A stretch of 64,000 nucleotides of DNA, taken from the NCBI GenBank assembly GCA_973895155.1, contig OZ316894.1, forward strand, positions 557,968 to 621,967, given 5' to 3'. The notes under the pieces are model-generated. The model saw nothing but the letters and a program-made list of their open reading frames with translations, was not told where the DNA came from and did no database searches. The translations under genes and the position numbers were made by a program. Numbering within the stretch: position 1 is the stretch's first letter; each line of letters begins with the position of its first letter. Positions 1 to 12,673 of this stretch are shown here, piece after piece. Origin of the DNA: Marsupella aquatica (Eukaryota > Plantae > Marchantiophyta).

Positions 1-1087
1 GGGTTCCCATGACCCCACGAATTCTAATAGGTCTGACTCCGGTACCTCCGGCTTCAGCCATGGTAATCTTACAAAGGCCTCCAAGCCGGATCTGGCCATG
101 AAGCCTTGGTACTTCTTGGTCTGCATGGCCGTAAAGCATGCATCCTCCTCCCGTGCAAAATGTAGTTGCACCTCCACTGGTAGGGTTGCCGCCCAGCCCT
201 TCCAGGTGTCATCCCTTGTTGGAATGGCCTTGATGGGATCGACCTCCTCCTCTTCGGCTTCTCCCTGCCTCCTGCTCTGCTGCTCGGCTGGCTTCTTTGG
301 TGCCGTCGACCTCGTTCTTTTTGCCGGGGTGGCTTCATCGTTGACGGCTCCCTTCCTCTTCATCTCTGCTGCCGTGGAGGTTTCTCCTAGCACCGTTGCC
401 TGGGTCCACCTTTCCGTGCTACCCTTTAATTCCCAGTGTATGTCGTTGCAGTTCTTGATGGCCTCTCGGATGCCGACGACGCTGTCCTTGCAAAACAGAA
501 GATCGTCGAGTTGATTGGAAGTAGGCGTCCACAGGAACTTGTCCTTGATGAGTTCGCCTCCTAAGAAAGCCGTCTTCTGCAGCTCCCACAATCGAGCGAG
601 CTCCTGCCGTTCTCGAGTGCCCTTTCTGACTCCTCGTCCTCGTAAGTCTTGATGTACTCAGTTGCCCGTTCGAATAGGCATCCCCAGAAATGTGCCGCTT
701 GATTGACGTTGCTCATACCCTCCTTAGGTTGATCGTCGGTATCTACTCTCTCCCGAGTGCTTGCCTAAGCAGCTGACAGTAGTTGGCCTCCGTAGTCGTC
801 TGCCTAGTTCGTGCTCGCAAATGAGCCACCATCTCCTGCAAGCGCTCCTTACCCCTCTCCTCTGCCGGTCCTTCTTCCCGTTGATCCTTCCTAGCCGCCG
901 ACGCTTAACGCGCCCTAACCCTAATCGGGTTTTCACCCTCAGCCTTACCTCCGGCCTCTGCCCGGGTTCCATGGTTGCCCCTAATTGTTTATATTTTCCT
1001 TGTTTTGTCACTATACTAAGGTGTTCCTAGGGTGCCTTCCTGCTTTACCCACTTAACCGGCCGAGTGATTCCTGTCTAGGCATCACA
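1..1087 (-). mobile_element. Family A LTR, 5' portion (continues off the window), inserted into another family A LTR
   Basis: Ends ...CTAGGCATCACA at 1087, the reverse complement of the family A start TGTGATGCCTAG seen at 29100 and 47425. It is colinear with 15112-16101. It is followed directly by internal LTR-A sequence CAGAGCTCGACAAGG. Confidence 0.9.
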
Positions 1088-1830
1088 CAGAGCTCGACAA
1101 GGAGCTAAGAGCAACCCAGGAGGAGAGGACTACCTTGAAACAAGAACGGGAGGAAGCCCAGAAGGAACTAGAGGAGGCACGCAAGGACCTGGATGAGACC
1201 CAGGAGGAGTTGGAGGAAATCACGAGGAAGATGGAGAACCTCCAGCGGCGGGCCGACAACCAAACGGAGCGGCTGAAGAAACAAGCTGCAGTATTTAAGT
1301 GCTTGTCTTCATCAGGCCCAACTCCAATTGGGGCAACCAAGTTACCAGGAGTGGTACTGGCCGAAGAAAAAGCCGCGCCAACTGCACCAGTGCCGGAAGT
1401 AAGTGGGAAGGGGAAGGGACCAGCTGCCAAACCAGAAAAGAAGAAAAAGCGGAAACCTTCAGGGTCAAGGAGTAATCCGACTCCACAAGCCGTGGTGACC
1501 AAAGAGGTAGAACCAGCACCATCCTCCGGCATGAATACGGCAATAGATCCCGCTATCATCACAGGTGGGGGTGGTGCGGCCCAAGCTGAACTACTCAGTA
1601 ATGAGGCCAGTATTCCAGATCCGCCTCTTGAGCAGGCCGGGGAGACCGTAGCCGAGGCTGAGGCCGTAACCGATTCCCAAGCCGATGCCGACGCCGATGG
1701 TGGACCCAGTCAGGCCGAGGAAGAATTGACTCAGTCAAGGGCAGGTAATCTGTCAAGGAATGAGCCTACGGCAGTGGCTGAGGAGGAAGCGTTGGGGGCG
1801 TCCATTAAGGATCCACCACCGGTGTCGTGA
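1088..1830 (+). pseudogene. C-terminal coiled-coil and acidic part of the LTR-A-encoded protein (5' part displaced)
   Basis: ORF 1135-1830 (KELEEARKDLDE...SSGPTPIGATKLPG) matches ORFs at 9587-10951, 36150-36617 and 50482-50820. Confidence 0.8.
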
Positions 1831-2741
1831 CGGTGCAAGGGCGCCGTTCCTTTTAGGGAGGGCGGACGTGGAGGGAGGAGGCGTGAGTGGGCAGGGCGGG
1901 CGCGGATCTCCACGTTTAGGATTAGGATCAGAACCAGGAGCGGCCCTGACACTTAGCTTAGTGGGATTGCGGTCCCACTGGTAGGAGCAACACTTGTGCT
2001 CCTGCCTTGCTGTACATAGGTAGATTCGGGCAAGTAGATTACTGTTAGGTAGATTAGGCTTACGATGCAAAGAATGGTGGATCCACTACCAGGATAAGTA
2101 CCTGGGCAGCGGGGAGCTCAGGGCCTCTTCTTTAGCAAGTTTTTAGTTTGCACCAGCCGGGCTGGGATCAAGTAGTACGAGAAGCTCTCGGTTAGTCATA
2201 CAGTGACCCTTGTGTATATTCATGTTTCCTCATGCCTAAGAGCTGAATAGAGTTGGCCTCACGGCTTAGTTCGCAGAACTTGTGTATGAGATGTACTGTT
2301 TGTATGGCAAGTGCATGGTATGACTCAGTCAGAATGAGTCATTTTGCTATTTGTGTGTCGCATTAACTTGTGTGAAGAGTGCCCACATCAACCAAAAGGA
2401 AGGAAAGTAAGCAGGGGAGTGAGAGTTGGATGTGTCGAGCTGAGAGAGGTCTTAGCGGCTTAACCAAGCCTATTGGGGATCATTCCGGCGGCGGAATCCA
2501 AACATACCTAACAAGACGGAGGGGAAGACAGGGGAAGGCCTAGATTAGGCCGGCTACGTATCTCATGACCCGATGAAGGATCTGTCCAGTATATGTGTGT
2601 AAAATGTTAATAGTAGTAGTAGAAGGTTAGCAGCGTCCCATGCCGCTAAGCCGCGGAAACGGCCTCGCCAAGCGCGAAACCTGTGGGAATCGGCTTGAGC
2701 TGGGGGGTTTCTTGGTTTAGGGAGCCATGGGACGCACCACA
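1088..2741 (+). mobile_element. Family A LTR, 3' portion (3' or solo LTR), inserted into the integrase of element A1
   Basis: Ends GGGAGCCATGGGACGCACCACA at 2741, as at 36995 and 56087. No PBS follows; integrase sequence on the minus strand resumes at 2742. Confidence 0.9.
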
Positions 2742-5705
2742 ATACTGCTGCTTCATGATATTCTGTCTATATTCTACTCTCTCGGCTGAAATCATTCTTG
2801 CCTCCTCTAAAGCTTCTAATCTATATTCTCGCTCTTTCAGGCTTTCCTCCTCTGAGACTCTTTCCTCAATGGTAACTTGAAATGTCGGTATCTCAAGTTG
2901 CATGGGTACCAGAGCTTCTTGTCCAAAGGTTAAGAAAAAGGGTGTATGACCGGTAGTGGATTTATAGGCTAGATTGTAAGCAAAAACAGCAGCAAACAAT
3001 TTATCATCCCAATCGAGTTTGTTCTAAGCTACTGTTTTGTTCAATATCTTTCCTATAATCCCATTGGCTCGTTCTGTCAATCCATTTGCCTTTGGGTGGT
3101 AAGGAGTGGTAGGCCTATGTCTAACTAAATACTGCTCATTTAAACGACTAATTATATCATTCAGAAAATGGGTTCCTCTATCACTAACTAATTCTAGGGG
3201 TGCTCCATACCTGGTGAAGATCTGCTCATACATAAATCGAGCTGTAGTAATTGCATCGTCCTTCGTTGTTGGCCTGGCCTCCACCCACTTAGTTGCATAA
3301 TCCGTGGCCAGGATTATGTACTTGTTTCTCCGAGGATGGGTTAATGGTTTCAGCGGTCCAATGTAATCTATACCCCACTTCTCAAATGGTGCCAGAGGTA
3401 GAATAGGGTGCAGTGGATGTCTTGTAGACGCCCTTGGTCCTCCTGCTCGTTGACAAGGATCACACTGTTTGATGAACTAATAGACATCCTTGTGCAAGGT
3501 GGGCCACCAGTAACCGGCATTTAATATCTTTTTAGACGTGGTTACTGGAGCAAAATGTCCTCCGGCCTCTTCTCCATGCATAGCCCGTAAGACTCGTTTT
3601 ACCTCTCCTTTTTCTAAACACCTTTGGATAGTGCCGTTGATTCCATACCTGTGTAGCACACCCTTAATGTACTGATACTGTCTGACCTTCCGCAGAAAGA
3701 CTGCGGCTTGTTCTCGGTTTAGCCCTGGCTGTAATCTGGATGTGCTGAGGAATTGCAAAATCTCCGGGTACCATGTATCGGCTATTTCCACAACGAATAG
3801 CTCCTCGTCGGGGAATCGATCATCGATGCAATCCGTGGCTGGTTCACCGGTGATCCTTGAAAAGAAGTCGGCATTGGCGTGTAGCTTCCCTGGCTTGATC
3901 TTTAGCTCGTAGTCAAACTCCTGTAATAGCAAAATCCATCTTGCTACCCTGCCTGTAAGGTCCGGCTTATTTACTATGTACTTCAAACTTTCATGATCGG
4001 TATGAAAGATTACCTTGTACCCTAGCAAATAATGCCTAAACTTTTTACATGAATAAATGACTCCTAATGCTTCTCTTTCTGTGGTGGAGTAGTTCCGTTC
4101 GGCATCGGCAAGCTGACGGCTTGCAAAGTATATGGGATGGTCCCTCCCTTTTTCATCCAACTGACTTAGTACTGAGCCGATACAGAAGCCTGAGACATCT
4201 ACAAAGACATGAAATTCCTTGTTCCAGTCTGGTGCTATCATGACTGGGGCTTCCACTAACTTTTGCTTTAATTCCACCACAGCTATTACTCTTTCTGGTG
4301 TGGGTTCAAAGTCTCCGCCTGCCTTGAGCATGTTGGTTAATGGTAAAGCTAGCTTGGCAAAATCTTTAATAAACCGGCGATAATACCCAATGCAGCCCAA
4401 GAAGGATCTCACATCCTTTATGTTCTTAGGTTGCATGATGTCAAGCCATATTGCTAGCTTACCTTTGTCAATCTCAATGCCCTTCTTTGATACCTTGTGA
4501 CCTAGTAGCACACCTTCTGTTACCCCAAAGAAACATTTATCTGGGTGTAACTTGAGACCTACCTCTCTGCATCTCATGAAGGTCTTCCTTAGATATTTAG
4601 CATGTTTCGATGCCTTCCCGAATACTGCAAAGTCATCAATGAAGATTTCCATGAACTTTCTCAAGTAATCATGGAAAATGTTCACCATTAATCGTTGAAA
4701 CATAGCTGGTGCGTTACAGAGTCCAAACGACATGCGATTGAAGACATAGATCCCCCATTCCGTGATGAAGGCTGTCTTGATTTGGTCCTCCTGCCTAATC
4801 CTGATTTGGTTATAACCAAAGTACCCATCCATGAATGAATATAGTTCATGACTGGCTACCATGTCTAGTACCATATCAGTAAAGGGTAAAGGAAAATGGT
4901 CTTTTAACGTTGCTTCATTCAGCTTCCTGTAATCCTGACAAACCCGGATCTTGGGTTTACCATCGGGTCCAGCTTTCTTGGGAACTATCACAATTGGGGA
5001 CACCCAGTCTGAATGGAGGACTGGAGTGATGAATCCGGCTTCCACTAGTTTGTCAATTTCCGTTTTGACCATCAGGGAATACTTAGGATTCATCCTTCGA
5101 ATTGGTTGTCGAAATGATTTGGCTCCTAACATGAGATCAATTCGATGTTCTCCTAATGTTGGGTCTACTCCCTTCAGATCTTGGTGACTCCATGCGAACA
5201 CATCCTAGAATTCAATCAGTAAGTCACTGATCTCTTTTTCAAGCTCAGGTGCTAGGTCTCTCCCTAAGTTCAGTTCCCTTCCTTCTCCTAAGTCGAGCTT
5301 CCGGTATTGCCGTGCTTGGATCATATTAATCTGCTTCTTCAAATTCGGTGCCAGCTCGACTTCCAGCCTTTCCAGTCTCATACCTCCATAAACTGGAATC
5401 TTGGCTGTACTAGCCGAGTCGGTTTCTTCCTTGGTGTCCATAGATTGTCCCCTTGCCGGTCTCTCCGATTTTGAATTGGTAGTCGGCTTCCCTTCCTGAC
5501 TCGGCTTTGGATTGTGTCTGTGCATCTCATCCGCCTCTTCCTCCTGAGGGTCAGGCCGCTGTGCTCTACCGGCTTCTAATAGGGCCCCGATTTGTTTAGC
5601 CCTTGTAATCGGCTTGTATGCTGATCCCTTGGTATTTAATTCCTTGCCGATGATAGATGGCGTTGTGGATCCTGCCGGCTCCGCCACAATGCCTGAGGAA
5701 AATCC
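2742..5705 (-). pseudogene. pol: pol (reverse transcriptase, RNase H, integrase) of A1, with premature stops
   Basis: RT motifs SPIVIVPKK, DYRKLN, FGLCNAPAMFQR and FIDDF; RNase H motifs DVSGFCIG, ERNYSTTEREAL and TDH; integrase motifs GGHF, YWWPTL, LVSDRGTHF and YHPKANGLTER. In-frame stops at 5205, 3477 and 3024. Confidence 0.95.
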
Positions 5706-8615
5706 ACCATCTCGGGTATAGCTCCCCACTTAGCCGTTTCCAACTGGCTCTCGTCTTGCGCTTCCTCCGGAATTGAAGATAAAAAGGTGGACTCTATGGC
5801 AAAGCAGTCCTCGGCTTCCTCGTCACAATCCTCCAAGTCACCTTCCATAGGTTCTTGCCATAGTCCGCTGGGGGATACCTCTGGTCCAAAGACACTTTCT
5901 TCGGTTTGGTCAGCGAGGCATTCTAGCCATCGTACCTCATCGGCTGATTCCAGTCCACTGTCGTACCCGTCTACCTCCCTGATGCTTCTTTTGCGGTCAT
6001 CCTTGGTATCCCAGGATACCGTGATAGAGGGGGTCCCAAAGGTGAACTCCTTCTTACCCCAATCCTCTATTACCTTGGCTAGGTATAGCCATGGCCTACC
6101 AATCAATAGCCGGAATGACGTAGGATTTACCGGCTTCATTACTACATAGTTAATGCTAAAGAAGATGCCTCCTATCTCTGTCTTGATGCCGGTTAACACT
6201 CCCGTGGGAATGACCTGATATCCATTGGCCATGTTCAGCACTCTTCCAGTCATCTCCGGTGTTAGACCCCACCCCTTTGCTGTTGAATCAATCATAATAC
6301 ATACCCCTGATCCTCCATCGATGGGTACCCGTAGTAATAATTCTCCTTGAATCATTAATGGTAATGCTGGGGCTCCTTGATCTTCTTCTATCATTAGTAC
6401 ATCGGATCTGGTCGCTACCTTGGGTAATCTTGGCTTGCCAAGGATTGCCTTTCTTAACTGCTTCCGGAAGTACGGGCTATTTTTCAATAGTTGACCTACT
6501 GTTGCCGAGACTCTAGATTCTAGTACATCCTTAGCTAGGTCATAGGGAACTAACGGCTTCTCTAGTGGTGTCTCTATCTTGGATTCGGCCTGTTTTTTCA
6601 CGCTAGTCCCCACAATCGTTGGATCCTCCGAAGCAAACAATGCTTTTGCTCGTTTTATATCTTTGGCTATGGCTTCAGTATTTTCCAGGGATTCTAATTC
6701 TCGGAGTTGTTCTTTAACACTAGCCGTGATAGATGGGTAGAACAACTTGGGGTGATCTCGATTGAAGTCACTGTCCTGTGAAGGATTGGGCTCACTGGTG
6801 GGTTCATGGCTTACCTGTGTTGACGGTGCCCTTCCTTCTCCTTCCGTTGATGTTGACGAAGAGTCAATCTTTTCTTCCTGAACCTTCCCTTTATTTTTGG
6901 CCAGCCCATCCCACCTTTCCTTCCTTCTGGTTGATCGAGTAGAGACCCGGTAGCAATCATGATCCATATCCTCTTCTGAAAATGTTGATAGGGCCTCGGT
7001 CTCATCATCAGATGGTCCAAACTCTGCCTCGGCATCCACCTGCCATCCGAGCTCGATGTGGTTGATTTGAACTCCTCCTGGGGTAGTACCTGGCGGCAGG
7101 ACCTTGACCGGCAAGAGCTTATGATTTGCGGCCAATCCTGCCAACCAAGTAGGACATTGTCCTAGCATGTGACCCTCCTGTCGGCATCCCATACATAGCT
7201 GAGCTTGCTGTCCATCACCTTGTTTACGTGCATTTGGGCATTCTCTAGCAAAATGGCCAGGTTGACCACAATTATAGCATGCCGCAAATCTTTGCACATT
7301 TGGCCTAGGAGGTACTGACGGATTCTGAATAATCTGAGGATACATCTCTCCTGGATTGTTCCTTAATCCTGACCAGAGAGATGCAGGTCGGTTGGATAGG
7401 TCTCGTGCTCCAGTCTCATTGATGCCGAAAACACTATCAGCGGCATCTCCTAGAAAGTACTCTACTTCTCCCTGACATGGTCTGACTTCAGCCACATGCC
7501 GAATATGACTAGTATTGAGCTTAGGACATGCATCTTTATGATGTCCGGTTTTATAACATAAGGCACACCATACAGAGCTATCCTCCTACACTACCTTCTT
7601 CTTCGGCTTCACCTCTGCTATTATAGCTTTAAGCTGCTCAGTAAGGGCTACGATGTTATCTGGTGGTTTAGCCTCCGGCTTGACTTTCGTCTTCCCTCTC
7701 CTTCTGCCCTTCCTTTTCCTAATTTTTTCTTCTTCAGAACTAGAAGATGACTCACTCTTGCTACTTCCACTATCCGAGCTGGAGTTATCACTTCTTGACT
7801 TCTTAGAGTGTTTCTTTTTCTTGTCCTTTTTCTTATGGGGTGATCCTTCCTCCGAGGAGGAACTCTCAGACTTAAGCTGTTTCTTCCGGCTTGTGATGTC
7901 TGCATTAATGTATAATTGAATATCTCTAATTGCCTCGGCTAAAGTCTCTGGGTTCTCCTTCCTAATTGCAAAACTCATCTTCTGTGGCAAAGCATTCACC
8001 AACCATTGAAGTTGCATACCTTCAGATGCATTGGTCTTTGTACGTCTTACCAATTTCTGAAAGCGTTGCAAGAACTTCCTGAAGGATTTGTTCTCCTTGA
8101 ACCGAAGTCGTCCCAACTTCAGCACTGCTAGTTCTGAAGTTCCAATGGGTCGAAACTCCTTAACAAATAGTGTTTTGAAGATATCCCAGATGGCTTGATC
8201 TTCCACATCCAATGCTCTGTACCAAGGCCTAGCCTCACCCTTGAACAGGCCGGGAAGAATCTGCATCTTGATGGCCGATTCTCCATTTGTTGCAGCGGTT
8301 CCCTCGAAATCATCCAACCATTCGTCCGGATCCTCATCTCCTCTCCCATGAAATGCCTTGTAATGAATGCGCGACCGTTGGCTCAGTCTGGTCCCTAGCC
8401 TCTCGTCTGGCCATGCCTCTGGTTCCCCCATGTCGATTGGGTACTCGTGTCTTCCTACCGACTCTTCTTCTGATATCTCTTCTTCGATGCCACTCCCAGC
8501 TACCAGCTCTTTCTGCCCCTCTCAGTCACTGTGTATCATGCCACCCGACGAGCTGCTGCAGACAAGCTCTCTCCCGTTGAATCGCTCTTTCCTCTCTTGG
8601 CGTAGGTTCAGTCAT
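5636..8615 (-). pseudogene. gag: gag-protease of A1 (capsid, three CCHC knuckles, aspartic protease)
   Basis: DPDEWLDDFE and GEARPWY capsid motifs; knuckles CALCYKTGHHKDAC, CYNCGQPGHFAREC and CMGCRQEGHMLGQC; protease PIDGGSG and LLIGRPWL. Stop at 7586; the 5' start is approximate. Confidence 0.9.
5646..5705 (-). promoter_or_regulatory. Candidate -1 ribosomal frameshift signal (G_GAT_TTT plus stem/pseudoknot) between gag-pro and pol
   Basis: Minus strand reads GGATTTT-CCTCA-GGCATTGTGG-CGGAGCCGGCAGGAT-CCACAACGCC-ATCTATCA-TCGGC, inside the overlap of ORFs 5636-7495 and 5205-5729. Confidence 0.7.
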
Positions 8616-8662
8616 TACCTACGCTTCTTTCCTAACTTCATATCTCACGGCTTAAGAAATGC

Positions 8663-8680
8663 CCCCTCCATCTAGCGCCA
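8663..8680 (-). promoter_or_regulatory. Primer-binding site, tRNA-Asn type
   Basis: TGGCGCTAGATGGAGGGG lies 4 nt from the LTR end. It matches 17/18 with the complement of the plant tRNA-Asn 3' end as I recall it (TGGCGCTAGAAGGAGGGG). Confidence 0.8.
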
Positions 8681-9739
8681 AAAATGTGGTGCGTCCCATG
8701 GCTCCCTAAACCCAAGAAACCCCCCTGCACAAGCCGATTCCCGTAGGTTTCGTGCTTGGCGAGGCCGTTTTCGCGGCTTAGCGGCATGGGACGCTGCTAA
8801 CTTCCTTCTACTACTACTATTAACATTTTACACACATATACTAGACAGATCCTTCATCGGGTCATGAGATACGTAGCCGGCCTAATCTAGGCCTTCCCTT
8901 GTCTTCCCCTCCTTCTGGTTAGGTATATTTGGATTCCTCCGCCGGAATGATCCCCAATAGGCTTGGTTAAGCCGCTAAGACCTCTCTCAGCTCGACACAT
9001 CAACTCTCACTCCCTTGCTTACTTTCCTTCACCTATTAGTTGATGTGGGCACTCTTCACACAAGTTAATGTGACACACAAATAGCAAAATGACTCCTTCT
9101 GACTGGGTCATACCATGCACTTGCCATACAAATAGTACATCTCATACACAAGCTCTACGAACTAAGCCGTGAGGCCAACTCTATTCAGCTCTTAGGCATG
9201 AGGAAACATGAATATACACAAGGGTCACTGTATGACTAACCGAGAGCTTCTCTTACTACTTGATCCCAGCCCGGCTGGTGCAACTAAAAACTTGCTAAAG
9301 AAGAGGCCGTGAGCTCCCCGCAGCCCAGGTACTTATCCTGGCGCGGATCCGCCTAATTCCTTGCAGCGTAAGCCTAATCTACCTAACTGAATCTACCTAT
9401 GTACAGCGAGGCAGGGGTACAAGTGTTGTTCTTACCAGTGGAACCGCAATCCCACTAAGCTAAGTGTCAGGGCCGCCTCCTGGTCCTGATCCTAATCCTA
9501 AACTTAGAGATCCGCGCCCGCCCTGCCCACTCTCGCCTCCTCCCTCCACGTCCGCCCTCCTTGAAAGTAGCGGCCCTCCACCACCGTCATGGCAGCAGTG
9601 TCTGTTCCCCAGTGGACGCCCCCAACGCTTCCTCCTCAGCCACTGACGTAGGTTCGTTCTCTGACAGATTACCTGCCCTTGACTGAGTCAACTCTCCATC
9701 GGCCTGACTGGGTCCACCATCGGCTTCTGCCTTGGCATT

Positions 9740-9984
9740 GGCTACGGCCTCAGCATCGGCTACGGCCTCAGCATCGGCTACGGCCTCAGCATCGGCTACG
9801 GCCTCAGCATCGGCTACAGCCTCAGCATCGGCTACGGCCTCAGCATCGGCTACGGCCTCAGCATCGGCTACGGCCTCAGCATCGGCTACGGCCTCAGCAT
9901 CGGCTACGGCCTCAGCATCGGCTACGGCCTCAGCATCGGCTACGGCCTCAGCATCGGCTACGGCCTCAGCATCGGCTACGGCCT
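9740..9984. repeat. 18-bp tandem repeat (GGCTACGGCCTCAGCATC, ~13.5 units) encoding (AVADAE)n
   Basis: Directly visible; near-perfect units with one substitution. Confidence 0.97.
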
Positions 9985-12673
9985 CCCCTGCACACTCAAG
10001 TGGCGGGTTCGGTACCTCGGCTTCATTACCGAGTATCCTGGCCTCGGCTTTGCCGTCCCCTCCTTCTAGGGTAGTTGGATCCTCTGCCGTGACCCTGCCT
10101 GGGGTCGGTGCTAGGTCTACCTCCTTGGTCACCACGGCTTGTGGAGCCGTATTACTCTTTGACCCTGAAGGTTTCCGCTTCTTCTTCTTTTCTGGTTTGG
10201 CAGCTGGTCCCTTCCCCTTCCCACTTACTTCCAGCACTGGTGCAAGTGGCGCGGCTTGTTCTTCGGCCAGTACCACTCCTGGTAACTTGGTGGCCCCAAT
10301 TGGAGTTGGGCCTGATGAAGCCAAGCATTTAAATACTGCAGCTTGTTTCTTCAGCCGCTCCGTTTGGTTGTCGGCTCGCCGCTGTAAGTTCTCCAGCTTC
10401 CGCGTGCTTTCCTCCAACTCCTCCTGTACTTCGTCCAGGTCCTTGCGCGCCTCCTCTAGTTCTTTCTGGGCTTCCTCCAGCTCCTTGTGGGCTTCCTCCA
10501 ATTCCTTCTTCAAGGTAGCCCTCTCCTCCTGGGTTGCTCTTAACTCCTTGTCGAGCTCTGCAATGATGACAGACTCCATCTGGTTCATCTTGGCGTAAGT
10601 CTGATCGAGCATATTGTCCTTCTCACGCAGGTCGGCCTTGAAGCTGGCCGTTAGGGATGCAAGCTCCTGCTGCAGCGCAATAATCCCTTGATAGGATTTC
10701 CCTAACTCGGCCTCCTTTTGCTCAAGGGCTCCGCGGATATTCTCGAGCTCCCCCTTCAATGCCCATTCCCTTCTTTGGGTCTCCGCCATGGCCCGGTTGT
10801 TGGCTGTTATGTGGGCCTCCTCTACATTCCTCAGCTCTCGCTTCCACTTCTCCCGCTCCTTGATCGCATCGGCCAACTCACCTAAGGTTTGAGTCAGTTT
10901 ATTCTCGATAATTCGGTTGTCTGACTGTGCGGTATCCAACTGGCCCTGCATGATATTTAGCTCATGCCGCTTAATCCGCAGCTCATCTTGGGTTTCTTGG
11001 TCGTCCTCAGGTCCTTGATTTTGGCTTCCCTTTCCCTAAGCCGACGGATGACCTCGTCCTTCTTGCTTCTTTCCAAAGCCACCGCTTCTTCTAAATGGCG
11101 CTTCTCCAACATCTCCCTCTGGAAAAAGGGTCCCTGCTCCAACTCCTCCCCAAAGATGCTGAGTGCCAGCTCTCCACACATCTCCCCGTACTCCATGGCT
11201 CTATTTTTAGCATAGGTGGAGGAAGTAGCAGTCATCGGCATCATCCACCGCGGCCTTTGTTCCCAAGCCACCTTGCGGATCTCTTCTATTGTGGCTGGAG
11301 GGCTGCTTCGTTTTTTCTGCAAGCCGCCTGATGTTCTCTGGCCATTCTCCTCTTGGTAAATCCTTCTCCCTAGCCAGGGCTGCCTCCTCTTCCTCCCTGA
11401 TTCGCTCCTGAAATTCCTGCGCCGTCTGTTTTATGCCGTCAAAGCTCGGGGGAGCGACATCTGGTGGGGGAGACTCGGGGCTGCTCTGCTGGCTCGGGTC
11501 TCCTCGGACTACTCTTGGGAGCGTGGGGATGAACCGGCCACAGGTCCTTACTCCTGAAACATGATGATCCGACCCGTAGCCGGAGTTATCATTGGTGTAG
11601 TCCTCCACCGCCTCCTCCTCGGCTTGGACTACCGGCTTCTCCCGTTGTTCTCCTGGTTTTGTCGTGAACACGGCTTCATCTCCTGCCGGTCTTGGTTCCT
11701 CCTCCGGCTTCCATGTTGATCTCTTGTTCTCCTTGTCGTGGCCGGGAGCTATGGCCTGCTTCTCCTCGGCTTCGGGACTAGAGGCTCCTACATACATCCG
11801 GACTCCCGGTTCGTGTTCCGGCCTCTTTCTCTCCTTGACTCCGGTAAAGGGGTTTTCCCTTGTAAGCCGGTTTAGGCCTACCTCTAGAGCAGTGTCCTGC
11901 ATTGTTGCCGTTGCCGTTGTTGTTGTCGTTGCCGATGCCGTAGCCGTTCTCTTTTCTTTCTCCAGCAGTTTCAGCAGATTCTGCATGCCTGGTTGCTGCA
12001 TCGGCAACTTCTCCGTCCTTGGCCTAAACACCTGCTCAATTGTAGGACTGTCGGGCGGGCTGGGTTTCTCCGTTGCCGGCCTCTGTTCCGGAACCTCCTC
12101 TAGTGCCCTTGCCTGTAGGGGAAGTACCGGGGCAAAGGTCTTACTCCGGGCATACCGGCACAATAGCGGCATGTGATAACCAAGCCGAGACACGCTTCCC
12201 TTGCCCCACCAGCTGTTCCTCCTTCAAGATCTTCTTTAGTTGAGTGAGGAGGTAACCGTTGTAGTCCCGCCTTGGGTCTGGCCTCTCTGCCAGATAGACC
12301 TGTGCCTTGCCGATCTCTGCTCTCGGCCAGTTGCAATGCATGGTTACCCGCAAGAAATCGATCATCTCTCCTATATGCGGGTTGGTGCAAGTGCTACGGA
12401 AGAAGCCATTCTTCGTTGAAGGCCCTGGAAACGACCTGAACTCCGTGTTTGGCAAGGTCTTCCTGGTATCTACCTTGGTCTTATTGCCCATTGGCAACCC
12501 AAACACTTCGGCAATCACCTGGGGAGTGAGATAGAAATCCTTCCCATACACCCTTGTGGAATTGGTCTCGGACTCCCATGATCCCACGAATTCAAGTAAG
12601 TCTGAATTCGGCACCTCCGGCTTCAGCCACGGTAACCTTACGAAGGCTTCCAAGCCGGATCCGGCCATGAAGC

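Noticed and set aside
2560-2600. Hammerhead ribozyme (retrozyme-like) at CCGATGA
   Set aside because: The core is not CTGATGA and no properly placed GAAA or helices were found.
9679-10598. Antisense ORFs such as (ASATAS)n and (LRPQHR)n, and the many other short opposite-strand ORFs in the LTRs
   Set aside because: Shadows of GC-rich or repetitive sense ORFs, with no independent motifs.
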